This document shows positions 7,902-16,653 of a stretch of 32,000 nucleotides of DNA, in pieces. How positions within the stretch are numbered: position 1 is the stretch's first letter; each line of letters opens with the position of its first letter. Source of the stretch: Lewinellaceae bacterium. Its GTDB lineage: Bacteria > Bacteroidota > Bacteroidia > Chitinophagales > Saprospiraceae. Below the pieces are notes generated by a model. That model made no database searches. It worked only from the letters and a program-made list of their open reading frames with translations, and had not been told where the DNA came from. Made by a program: the position numbers and the translations under genes. Location of the stretch: positions 17,167-49,166 of the forward strand of contig CANJPT010000010.1 in the NCBI GenBank assembly GCA_947476195.1. Reading direction: 5' to 3'.

Positions 7902-8487
7902 TTTTAAAACACTAAGAGACTAAGGGACACTAAGGTTAAGTGGGGTATGAGAGGGGTTTTAGTCCCCATCGGGTAAAACTGAAAAGTATTCATTGACATA
8001 TGGAGTAGTACTTTTTGTGATTTTGTCGGTAAAAAAATTGATCATCAATCCTTTTGGCTTTTTGAGCAACTTCATATAGGACAAGAGTTTGGCAACTTCA
8101 ATTGGGTTGATTTCCTGAACAGCTTTCAATTCTACCACAACACAGTCATCAACCAGTAAATCAAATCTTAATTCTGTTTCCAACTTAATTTCCTTGTACA
8201 ACACGAATACTTTTTGCTGACGCTGCACATCAAATCCTCGCAACTTCAATTCGTATTCCATGCAAGCCTCATAAACCGATTCCAACAAGCCCGGGCCAAA
8301 GGTTTTGTGTACCTCAATTGCACTGGAAATCACATCGAATGCTACCTGATTGACTTCTTTTTTGGTCATGGAATTGAGAATTAGGTTATAGATCTCTTAT
8401 GGTCCAAATCTCTAACCACCTTAAACTGTATCCACCTCTAATACCCCTCTTAACCTTAGTGCCCCTTAGTCTCTTTGTGTTTTAAAA
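7902..8487 (-). mobile_element. GxxExxY cassette bracketed by a 53-nt inverted repeat
   Basis: The left arm is 7902..7954 (ttttaaaacactaagagactaagggacactaaggttaagtggggtatgagagg). The right arm is 8435..8487, whose reverse complement is ttttaaaacacaaagagactaaggggcactaaggttaagaggggtattagagg. Hand alignment gives 49/53 identical positions. A further 10-nt complementary pair lies just outside, at 7889..7898 and 8499..8508. The enclosed ORF runs in the same direction as the operon and looks more AT-rich than its neighbours by eye. Confidence 0.7.
7959..8369 (-). CDS. GxxExxY protein (PD-(D/E)XK nuclease-fold family)
   Basis: 136 aa with GPGLLESVYEACMEYEL (the GxxExxY motif) and DLLVDDCVVVELKA (D...ExK nuclease-fold motif). 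Confidence 0.85.
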   Translation of the reverse strand: MTKKEVNQVAFDVISSAIEVHKTFGPGLLESVYEACMEYELKLRGFDVQRQQKVFVLYKEIKLETELRFDLLVDDCVVVELKAVQEINPIEVAKLLSYMKLLKKPKGLMINFFTDKITKSTTPYVNEYFSVLPDGD

Positions 8488-9829
8488 TGCTTAGCTGTAA
8501 AACCGCTTCCCGAAACTGCTCTCCCCTATCTTCATAATTTTTAAACAAATCAAAACTCGCACAAGCAGGGCTCAACAAAACCATATCTCCCTTTTTCGCA
8601 AAACCAGCAGCCATTTTAACGGCCTCCTGAGCGCTCCCTGTTTCCACGAGTGGCTTCTTCATTCCCCCAAACACACTGATTATCTTTGAATTATCCACAC
8701 CCATGCAAACGATGGCCTTCACCTTGTTCTTTACCAATTTTAAAAGTGGCGTATAATCGTTCCCCTTGTCCTGGCCGCCAACGATCCACACCGTCGGCGT
8801 ATCCATCGCCTGCAAAGCATAGAACACAGAATCCACATTGGTTGCTTTCGAATCGTTGATCCAAATTACACCATTGGTTTCAGCTACTTTTTCCAAGCGG
8901 TGTGGCGGCGGTATAAATGTGTTCAATCCTTCCTGGATCTTATCCGGTTTAGCGCCCAGCAACAGAGATACCCGAATGGCACATACAGCATTAAACATGT
9001 TGTGCGGTCCACGAAGGGCACTTTTTGACATCCCGAAGACCTCTTTTCCAACCTTAATCAGACCGTTTTTGTAGAAGCCTTTTCTGATCGCGATTTGTTT
9101 GGGTTTACTCACCGGGTGACTTGAAGTCACCCGGTGAGTCGCCAGAATCGGATCAAACCCATTGTAAATGAACTTGTCGCCGCGCCCCTGATTCATGGTC
9201 ACCCGAAACTTCGACGCTGCGTAATTTTCCAGTTTGTAATCATAGCGATCCAAATGATCCGGTGTGATGTTCAGCAGCAATGCTATTTTAGGTCGGAACT
9301 GCTGAATATCATCGAGTTGAAAACTTGAAACCTCCAACACGAAAATCCTTTGGTCCGCTTTTGTGCTACCTGTTTTCAGATCTTCCAGTGCCATGCGGGC
9401 AAATGAATTTCCAACATTTCCGCCTTTTCGCACATCCAAACCGGCGGTATTCAAAAGGTGATAGGTCAATTCTGTCGTAGTCGTTTTACCATTTGAACCT
9501 GTAATCGCTACGATCTGACATTTTCCAGCATGCCGATACCCAAATTCAATTTCACCGATCACGTTGATACCTTTTTCACGCACAGCTTTCATCACTTCAC
9601 TTTTTTCCGGAATACCAGGACTTTTAATGATCTCATTGGCATTCAATACCTTATCCAGACAGTGCTGGTTTTCTTCCCATGGAATACCAACTTCATTCAA
9701 TTCTGTTTGAAATGAAGCCTTTATCGCTCCTTTATCAGATACGAATACGTCATAGCCAAGGTATTGGGCCAAAAGGGCCGCACCTGTGCCGGATTCCCCG
9801 GAGCCTAATATGACTATTCTTTTTTTCAT
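8456..9829 (-). CDS. murD: UDP-N-acetylmuramoylalanine--D-glutamate ligase MurD
   Basis: 457 aa with N-terminal IVILGSGESGTGAALLA and the Mur ligase P-loop ITGSNGKTTTTE, in the dcw position after mraY. The last 10 or so codons (8459..8487) lie inside the right arm of the inverted repeat. Confidence 0.92.
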   Translation of the reverse strand: MKKRIVILGSGESGTGAALLAQYLGYDVFVSDKGAIKASFQTELNEVGIPWEENQHCLDKVLNANEIIKSPGIPEKSEVMKAVREKGINVIGEIEFGYRHAGKCQIVAITGSNGKTTTTELTYHLLNTAGLDVRKGGNVGNSFARMALEDLKTGSTKADQRIFVLEVSSFQLDDIQQFRPKIALLLNITPDHLDRYDYKLENYAASKFRVTMNQGRGDKFIYNGFDPILATHRVTSSHPVSKPKQIAIRKGFYKNGLIKVGKEVFGMSKSALRGPHNMFNAVCAIRVSLLLGAKPDKIQEGLNTFIPPPHRLEKVAETNGVIWINDSKATNVDSVFYALQAMDTPTVWIVGGQDKGNDYTPLLKLVKNKVKAIVCMGVDNSKIISVFGGMKKPLVETGSAQEAVKMAAGFAKKGDMVLLSPACASFDLFKNYEDRGEQFREAVLQLSILKHKETKGH

Positions 9830-9907
9830 GTTATTGGATCCATATTATTCATATTGCGCACATCGTTTTTCATGCTTTGCAATAGGTTTAAAGTGTCTGG
9901 CAATAAT

Positions 9908-11167
9908 TTATCTGATCTTCAATGTGATAATTGTTGCTACTGCCAATAGCATTTGCACAATCCAGAACCGCACAGAAATCGTCACTTCATGGTAACCTTT
10001 TTTCTGATAATGGTGGTGCAAAGGCGCCATTAGAAATACCCGTCGCCCTTCCCCATATTTCCGTTTAGTATATTTAAAATACCATACCTGAATGATCACT
10101 GACAGATTTTCAACCAAAAAGACCCCGCACAAAAGGGGAATTAACAATTCTTTGCGGGTTACAATGGCCAATGCCGCAATAATCCCACCCAAGGTCAAGC
10201 TTCCTGTATCGCCCATAAAAACCCGCGCAGGGAACACATTGTACCATAAGAAACCGATACATCCACCGAGCAAACAAGCTGAAAAAATCACCAATTCGCT
10301 GCTGTACGGGATATAAAATATCTTTAAAAAATCTGCGGCAACCGAGTTACCACTTAAGTATGCCAGAATTCCAAGCGTTGCAATTACAATGGCTGAAACG
10401 CCTGCCGCTTGTCCGTCTAATCCGTCTGTCAAATTTGCTCCATTGCTCACTGCGGTGATGACCAAAATGACCATTATAACAAAGAAAATCGAACTCAAAT
10501 TGCCAATATTATCCCCCAAAAACCAAAAAAAACGCGAGTAATCCAGTTCGTTATTTTTGAAAAACGGAACATTTGTAATCGCAGCTTTTACATAAACCAT
10601 TTCTTTGTACGTATTAGGCGACGAAGGATCCTTTACAAAAAGGGATTCTATCACTTCATACCCCTTTTGATTTGCCACTTCCGGATCCATACGGACGACT
10701 ACCTCGTCATTCACCAACATCGTAATGCCAACGATCAGCCCCAAACCTACCTGGCCCATTATTTTAAACTTTCCCTTCAATCCTTGTTTATCCTTTTTGA
10801 ACACCTTTATATAATCATCCATAAAACCAATGGCGAACATCCAAACGGTGCTGAACAACATGAGTAAGATGTACACATTGTCGAGTCGCGCCAGCAGCAG
10901 ACAAGGAATCAGCGTAGCCGCTACGATGATGATACCACCCATCGTCGGCGTGCCTGCCTTAGAAGTCTGACCTGCAAGACCCAGGTCGCGCACCGTTTCA
11001 CCTATCTGCAATTTTCGAAGCCCGTCAATGATCCACTTTCCAATAATCATCGAAATCAGCAGCGACAATAGCATTGCCACCCCAGCCCGGAACGAGATGA
11101 ATTTGAACAGGCCTGCTCCTGGCAGGTCGTAATGTTCTTGTAGGTATTCAAATAAATGGACAAGCAT
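9908..11167 (-). CDS. mraY: Phospho-N-acetylmuramoyl-pentapeptide transferase MraY
   Basis: 419-aa polytopic membrane protein with the typical motifs [25 protein letters not shown] and APLHHHY. Confidence 0.94.
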   Translation of the reverse strand: MLVHLFEYLQEHYDLPGAGLFKFISFRAGVAMLLSLLISMIIGKWIIDGLRKLQIGETVRDLGLAGQTSKAGTPTMGGIIIVAATLIPCLLLARLDNVYILLMLFSTVWMFAIGFMDDYIKVFKKDKQGLKGKFKIMGQVGLGLIVGITMLVNDEVVVRMDPEVANQKGYEVIESLFVKDPSSPNTYKEMVYVKAAITNVPFFKNNELDYSRFFWFLGDNIGNLSSIFFVIMVILVITAVSNGANLTDGLDGQAAGVSAIVIATLGILAYLSGNSVAADFLKIFYIPYSSELVIFSACLLGGCIGFLWYNVFPARVFMGDTGSLTLGGIIAALAIVTRKELLIPLLCGVFLVENLSVIIQVWYFKYTKRKYGEGRRVFLMAPLHHHYQKKGYHEVTISVRFWIVQMLLAVATIITLKIR

Positions 11168-11246
11168 GGAATTTCATATTTATTTGGTAATTTTGACTAT
11201 AAGCTGTTTTTTATTGCGAAAAAGCTATATTTTCGTTTAAAAATGT

Positions 11247-11279
11247 GGTTTTGGGGCGATATTCCATCGCCCCAAAACC
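11247..11279 (-). terminator. Perfect 14-bp stem-loop in the murE-mraY spacer (possible attenuator or partial intrinsic terminator)
   Basis: ggttttggggcgat (11247..11260), loop attcc, atcgccccaaaacc (11266..11279). On the transcribed minus strand the stem is followed by ACATTTTTAAACG. The T-tract is short and offset by 3 nt, so terminator strength is uncertain. Confidence 0.4.
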
Positions 11280-11382
11280 TGCTCAAAATCAAAATAGTAG
11301 TCCCTCCACTATTTTACCTTTTACCCGCCATAAGTTCAGTAAAGGCGAGTTGTTTATATTTTAAAGCCATCGCGAAGACGGC

Positions 11383-12861
11383 TCATTTTTCCTTAAAAAA
11401 CTTCAACAACATTTCCTTGTCATCGAAAGGATACTTCACCCCTTGTATATCCTGATACTTCTCGTGGCCTTTACCCGCCACCAGGATCACATCATTCGGG
11501 CCCGCGAGCCGGATTGCTGTTTTGATGGCTTGTTCACGATCCTGGATCGTGAGTGTTTTCTTTTGCCCTTCTGCATCCAATCCTGCTTCCATATCTTTCA
11601 ATATTGCAGCCGGATCTTCGGTTCTGGGGTTGTCACTGGTCAAAATTAGCTGGTCACTTAGTCCGGCACAAACCCGTGCCATAATCGGTCGTTTGGTCTT
11701 ATCGCGGTCGCCACCTGCACCAGTTACAGTGATGATACGCGAGGTTTTCTTTTTCAGTTTGGCGATTGTTTCGAGTACTTTTTCCAGTGCATCGGGGGTA
11801 TGGGCATAGTCTACAATACCAATACAGCCTTGCTTTGAAGGATGGTTGATATACTCAAAACGGCCTTCTGCGCCAGGAAGATTGCTAAGTACCGTGAGTA
11901 TTTCAGACTTTCCAAGTCTTGAAGACTTGGAAAGTCTTGATACGAGCTGCGCTACCCCAAAAGCTGCCGTCAAATTATACGCATTAAACTCGCCGATCAT
12001 CCGGGCATGAATTTGCGCCCCATCCAATTCCAAATGCAGACCTTCCAGGCTATTTTCAATAATTTTCGCCTTGAAATCTGCAGGCTTTTTAAGACCATAG
12101 CTATATTGATCAGCCCGCGTATTTTGCAACATCAGCAAGCCGTTTTTATCATCGGCATTGGTAAGGGCAAAGGCAGTTTTAGGCAAATCGTCAAAGAACT
12201 TCTTTTTAGCATCCCGGTATTCTGCAAAGGTTTTGTGGTAGTCGAGATGATCGTGGGTGAGGTTGGTGAATACCCCGCCGACAAACATTGCACCGGCAAT
12301 TCTACGTTGGTGTACTGCGTGACTGCTAACTTCCATGAACACCTGACTGCAACCGGCATCGGCCATTTTACGCAGTAGTTCGTGCAATCGAACCGCATCT
12401 GGAGTAGTATGAGTACTGGACAGAACCTCCTCCCCTACCCTATTTTCAACCGTGCCAATAAGGCCACATTTGTAACCTAAGGCGGTAAAAAGCTGCCAAA
12501 GCAAGGTTGCTGTGGTCGTTTTCCCGTTGGTTCCGGTAATGCCTATGAGGTCAACATCTGCGGATGGATTGTTATAATAATTAGAAGCCATTTGCCCAAG
12601 GGCTTCGGCGGAGTCGGCAACTCGTACCATCGTAAGAGAGTAATTAAAAGCCACCCCTTCACTATAAACGACTGCAGCCGCCCCATTTTTAATCGCCTTA
12701 TCAATGAACTCGTGCCCGTCTACTACTGCTCCAAGCACTGCCACAAACACATCTCCTGGCTGCACAGCGCGACTGTCGAAACGGATTTGACCGATTTCGA
12801 TGGCTGTGCTGCCTTGTGCCTCCAGCACTTGCAGATTTTGAAGGAGGTGGGTTAAAAGCAT
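11383..12861 (-). CDS. murE: UDP-N-acetylmuramoyl-L-alanyl-D-glutamate--2,6-diaminopimelate ligase MurE
   Basis: 492 aa with the P-loop ITGTNGKTTTA and the DNPR motif (SDNPRTED) associated with meso-DAP specificity, in the dcw position after ftsI. Confidence 0.93.
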   Translation of the reverse strand: MLLTHLLQNLQVLEAQGSTAIEIGQIRFDSRAVQPGDVFVAVLGAVVDGHEFIDKAIKNGAAAVVYSEGVAFNYSLTMVRVADSAEALGQMASNYYNNPSADVDLIGITGTNGKTTTATLLWQLFTALGYKCGLIGTVENRVGEEVLSSTHTTPDAVRLHELLRKMADAGCSQVFMEVSSHAVHQRRIAGAMFVGGVFTNLTHDHLDYHKTFAEYRDAKKKFFDDLPKTAFALTNADDKNGLLMLQNTRADQYSYGLKKPADFKAKIIENSLEGLHLELDGAQIHARMIGEFNAYNLTAAFGVAQLVSRLSKSSRLGKSEILTVLSNLPGAEGRFEYINHPSKQGCIGIVDYAHTPDALEKVLETIAKLKKKTSRIITVTGAGGDRDKTKRPIMARVCAGLSDQLILTSDNPRTEDPAAILKDMEAGLDAEGQKKTLTIQDREQAIKTAIRLAGPNDVILVAGKGHEKYQDIQGVKYPFDDKEMLLKFFKEK

Positions 12862-12871
12862 TTTTTAATTT

Positions 12872-15037
12872 TCACTCTAATGATAAAACACAGGTTTGTC
12901 CGTTAGCCTTGGTTCCTGGCGCCAGACTTTGCCATCGTACCTTCCCAACACCTTCTACCCTTACCCTGCAACCTCGGTTCTCCAGTAGATAGATTGCATC
13001 TTTCAAGCCCATACCTACCACGGAGGGAATATTTTTATCCCCGACCACCCGGTTTTGCATGGTCAGTCCAATACTATCTTTTGCAACAACCACCCCCCAT
13101 TCAGCCAGGTCAACTGCCGGGTCAAAATCAAGTCCAAGCCACTGTAAGCTCTCTTTTATGTCTTCTTTTGAACCTGCATCATAGCTAGGCAATTGACTGC
13201 TTTTTAATGCAACAGGCTTATTTGCGTTCACTGGCTTGTGTAATTCAGCTTTCATAGCAAAACACTTGTCGGCAATTTGGCGAAACACCGGAGCAGCCAC
13301 TTCTGCACCATGATATCCACCACGTTCAGGCTCACTAATGACCACAATACAAGAGTACACCGGATTATCCACCGGAAAAAAGCCACAGAACCCTGCCTGG
13401 TGACGAATGCCTTTGGAAGCTTTAAATTTGTGATAGTTCAACTGTGCAGTTCCCGTTTTGCCCGCAATTGCATAATTTTCAGTGTTAATATTATGCGCCG
13501 TACCCGATACGACTACTTCTCTCAATAGTTCTTTGGCTTTACGAATCGTATTATTTGAAGCGATACTGCGTTTGATGGTATAGGGCCGGAATTCTTTCAT
13601 GGTCTCCCCATAATGCTCCGTACGCTGCACCAGATAAGGTTTCATCATACGTCCATCGTTGGCTACCGCATTGTAAAAGGTTAGCATTTGCATCGGGGTG
13701 AGCAACAGTTCATAGCCAATACTCATCCAGGGTAGTGTAGTGCCGCTCCATTCACTTTTTGGATCGTCCGGATTTTTCAAAATCGGGTTCTCTTCACCTC
13801 CGATCTCAATCCCTGTAGGCATATCAAGATTGAAGTCGCGGAGTTGTTTGATAAAAGCCCCCGGATTGCTTTTGAAATACTTCATTGTAAGTGTTGCGGT
13901 GCCTACATTGGACGACTGTGCAAAAACCTGACGGATCGTCATCGAATCCAGTCCATGCGGCACTGCATCAGTAAGCTCTTCGTCATAGATCTTCACCTTG
14001 CCACCAAAAACGGGTATTTTATCATCAAAATTCTCCAGTGCTCCTGCTTCCATCAGTGCCATAAAAGTGGCAAGTTTAAACATCGAGCCTGGCTCTACAC
14101 GTTCACCAACTGCATAATTATAGGTTTCCCAATAGCCCGTCTTTCCTTCTGACTGAGCGCGACCAATATTTGCCATGGCACGGATCTTTCCGGTTTTCAC
14201 CTCCATCACAATGGCACAGCCATGATCAGCATTATGGGTTTCACAGGCATTAAGCAAGGCGGTTTCTGCTGCATCCTGTATATTGATATCCAGCGTTGTC
14301 ACCACATCATCACCAGAAGCTGGTTCAATATCCGCCAGGTCATTGATAGGAATATAGATATCTCCTGGCACCCGCAGCATGAGCTGTTTGGGTGAGTCAT
14401 CCCGTTTCCCTTCGAGGATGGTATTAAAACTCCCTTCAATCCCGACGGGCAAAGCTCCTTCCCGCTGTGAATACCCGATAGTCCGTTGTGCCAGTATCTT
14501 GAATGGCCGCTCACGTCTGCTGGTTTGTTCCGCAATGAAACCTCCAGCATGTCGCCCTTCCCGAAAAATAGGGAAAGTTTTAATCAGCATCATTTTAGCG
14601 TATGGAAGATTCTTAGCGATAGGCACATACCGGATACCTCGGGTTCTCGGGTCTGCGCTACGAAGGGTATCAAGCCATTGACGGTAGGCTCCTTGTGTAA
14701 AAGACTGATCAATATAAGTAGAAAGCAACCATGCAAGGCTATCCACCGCTTGATCGTTAAAAATATCAGGCGTAAGTCCTTCGGATTTTGCGTCAAAATG
14801 TATGTCAAAGAACGGAAGAGAGGTTGCTAATAGCGAGCCGTCGTCTGCCAAAATATTACCCCGCTGACTCGGCACATCTACTAGTTTCACATATAAACTA
14901 TCTGCTTTAGCCTCCCACTTATGGGCATCCGTAACGGTAAGTTGAAACAATCGAGTCAAGATTACGACAGCCACCACAAGTACAACGGCTGCTACCGTAT
15001 ACACGCGGATTAGGACTTCGTTTTTGACGTTTAGCAC
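12872..15037 (-). CDS. ftsI: Penicillin-binding protein (class B transpeptidase, FtsI/PBP3-like) with a C-terminal PASTA-like domain
   Basis: 721 aa with an N-terminal TM anchor and the motifs SxxK (GSMFK), SxN (SSN) and KTGT. The start appears to be GTG at 15037, because no in-frame ATG lies upstream before a stop. Confidence 0.9.
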   Translation of the reverse strand: MLNVKNEVLIRVYTVAAVVLVVAVVILTRLFQLTVTDAHKWEAKADSLYVKLVDVPSQRGNILADDGSLLATSLPFFDIHFDAKSEGLTPDIFNDQAVDSLAWLLSTYIDQSFTQGAYRQWLDTLRSADPRTRGIRYVPIAKNLPYAKMMLIKTFPIFREGRHAGGFIAEQTSRRERPFKILAQRTIGYSQREGALPVGIEGSFNTILEGKRDDSPKQLMLRVPGDIYIPINDLADIEPASGDDVVTTLDINIQDAAETALLNACETHNADHGCAIVMEVKTGKIRAMANIGRAQSEGKTGYWETYNYAVGERVEPGSMFKLATFMALMEAGALENFDDKIPVFGGKVKIYDEELTDAVPHGLDSMTIRQVFAQSSNVGTATLTMKYFKSNPGAFIKQLRDFNLDMPTGIEIGGEENPILKNPDDPKSEWSGTTLPWMSIGYELLLTPMQMLTFYNAVANDGRMMKPYLVQRTEHYGETMKEFRPYTIKRSIASNNTIRKAKELLREVVVSGTAHNINTENYAIAGKTGTAQLNYHKFKASKGIRHQAGFCGFFPVDNPVYSCIVVISEPERGGYHGAEVAAPVFRQIADKCFAMKAELHKPVNANKPVALKSSQLPSYDAGSKEDIKESLQWLGLDFDPAVDLAEWGVVVAKDSIGLTMQNRVVGDKNIPSVVGMGLKDAIYLLENRGCRVRVEGVGKVRWQSLAPGTKANGQTCVLSLE

Positions 15038-15151
15038 TTTATTAGTGTTAAATGGTTAGTATTAAGTGCTTTTTTAGCTTGATTGGAGGTTTGCTTTTAT
15101 GGTTTTAATCGAGTTCCAATTTAGTAATAAAGTCAGCTACTGATTGTGCAT

Positions 15152-15245
15152 CCATAATACTGGACATTTTTGTTTTGCCCACAGACCTATAAGGTTTCCA
15201 AAAACCTTACAGGTCTCGATTTTAGAAAATGTCCAGTAGTGTGGT
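15152..15245. mobile_element. MITE-like nested inverted-repeat element between ftsL and ftsI
   Basis: The outer stem is a perfect 13-bp pair: tactggacatttt (15158..15170) with aaaatgtccagta (15227..15239). It extends to 19 nt with 2 mismatches (15152..15170 with 15227..15245). The inner stem is 15 bp with 1 mismatch: agacctataaggttt (15183..15197) with aaaccttacaggtct (15202..15216). The 8-bp direct repeat tgtgcatc flanks the element at 15145..15152 and 15245..15252, exactly 100 bp apart. Confidence 0.5.
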
Positions 15246-15250
15246 GTGCA

Positions 15251-15559
15251 TCACTTAACACCAATCACTTTAGGGCCTTTGTTTTCCAAATCCAATCCAA
15301 CCGGCTCCAAACTCTCATCGATCTGACTCTGCATACTTTTATACATTGTCTCGCTTTTGATCGAGGTATATTCCCATTTTAACTCCCTAATCTCTTTTTG
15401 CAAACTCTGAATATGGCGTACACCTTTTTCAGAGAAATGTGCGTTAGCGATATATAAAATGCCCAAACCGCCCAAAAATAGCAGGAATTGAAAGTTTCCA
15501 AACACCAGATCTGTGGTGTGGCGACTTACATTCAGGGCATTGAGGAACTTATTGGCCAT
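15251..15559 (-). CDS. ftsL: FtsL-like cell division protein (small bitopic, coiled-coil)
   Basis: 102 aa with one TM segment (FQFLLFLGGLGILYIA) followed by a heptad-like stretch (IQSLQKEIRELKWEY). It lies between rsmH and ftsI, as FtsL does in dcw clusters. Confidence 0.7.
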   Translation of the reverse strand: MANKFLNALNVSRHTTDLVFGNFQFLLFLGGLGILYIANAHFSEKGVRHIQSLQKEIRELKWEYTSIKSETMYKSMQSQIDESLEPVGLDLENKGPKVIGVK

Positions 15560-15597
15560 GTATTATTTTGCTTTTAAGATAATGGCGTATAAATAGT

Positions 15598-16533
15598 TCA
15601 TCGTTTGTCGTTTATCGTTCTCTTCGCTGCTACCCGAAGCTTAGCACTTCTTGAACGGGCATTCTGTTTGGTTTCAAGCTGGCTTGCTTCTACGGGTTTC
15701 TTGGTGACCAGTTCCCAAGGCTTTGTGATATTGCCATAAAAATCCTGGTCTGGCTCACCTTTGACATTACCTGCTTTCATATAATTTTTCACCATCCGAT
15801 CCTCCAGGGAATGAAAAGTGATAACGGCCAATCTTCCACCGGGCGCCAGCATTTCCAACGCATCCTTCATGAAATCCTCCAAGGCTCCGAGCTCATCATT
15901 GACTTCCATCCGCAAGGCCTGAAACGCCTGTGAAAAATAACGCATTCGCTCACCCAACAGATTCTTGGTGCACAATTCAAGCAGATCGCCTGTGGTTCGA
16001 AAACGCTTTCGTTCCCGCTCCTGTACTACTGCATAGGCCAGCGTCTTAGAATTTCTCAATTCTCCGAGTTCACTAAAAATGCGCTGCAGCTCATCTACGC
16101 TTCGGGTATTGAGCAGGTCTGCAGCGGTTTCTCCGTCCAAGCGACTCATGCGCATATCGAGTGCAGCCTCAAAGCGATAGGAAAAGCCCCGCTCTGCAGT
16201 ATCAAGCTGGTGGCTACTCACGCCAAGGTCGGCGAGAATCCCGTTTACCGTACCTACCCTGACGCCTTCTGCGCGCAACTGGCGTTTCAAATGCCTGAAA
16301 TTCGATGGAACAAACGTGAAGCCTGAATGGCTTGAAAACGCTTGCTGTTCGATATTTCGTTTTGCATCCTCATCCTGATCAAAGGCAAACAGACGACCTT
16401 TTTCGCCCGTTTTTTCAAGTATCAATTTGGAATGACCACCACCGCCAAATGTTGCGTCCACATAGACCCCTCCGGGCGTAATGCCTAGAAGATCAATACT
16501 TTCGTGTAATAGGACAGATTCGTGGTACACCAT
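15598..16533 (-). CDS. rsmH: 16S rRNA (cytosine1402-N4)-methyltransferase RsmH (MraW)
   Basis: MVYHESVLLHESIDLLGITPGGVYVDATFGGGGHS... is the canonical RsmH N-terminus and SAM motif. I place the start at ATG 16533. The 28 extra codons in the track ORF run through AT-rich spacer. Confidence 0.93.
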   Translation of the reverse strand: MVYHESVLLHESIDLLGITPGGVYVDATFGGGGHSKLILEKTGEKGRLFAFDQDEDAKRNIEQQAFSSHSGFTFVPSNFRHLKRQLRAEGVRVGTVNGILADLGVSSHQLDTAERGFSYRFEAALDMRMSRLDGETAADLLNTRSVDELQRIFSELGELRNSKTLAYAVVQERERKRFRTTGDLLELCTKNLLGERMRYFSQAFQALRMEVNDELGALEDFMKDALEMLAPGGRLAVITFHSLEDRMVKNYMKAGNVKGEPDQDFYGNITKPWELVTKKPVEASQLETKQNARSRSAKLRVAAKRTINDKR

Positions 16534-16653
16534 AATATGTATAATATATAATATATGATGTATGAATTTATGGAAGAATGTGGTTAAAAAACTAAGCTTG
16601 AAAATACTCCATCGCACTAAGTATTAGTCCTTTCATCCATCCTACTTTATACA

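Noticed and set aside
11156-11455. A 99-aa plus-strand ORF spanning the murE-mraY spacer.
   Set aside because: It overlaps the ends of both flanking genes on the opposite strand and reads through the hairpin. Its composition is AT-rich and low-complexity. It is probably non-coding.
16534-16617. An N-terminal 28-codon extension of rsmH offered by the ORF track (MRWSIFKLSFLTTFFHKFIHHILYIIHI).
   Set aside because: The extension is translated AT-rich spacer. The conserved RsmH N-terminus begins at MVYHESVLL (ATG 16533).
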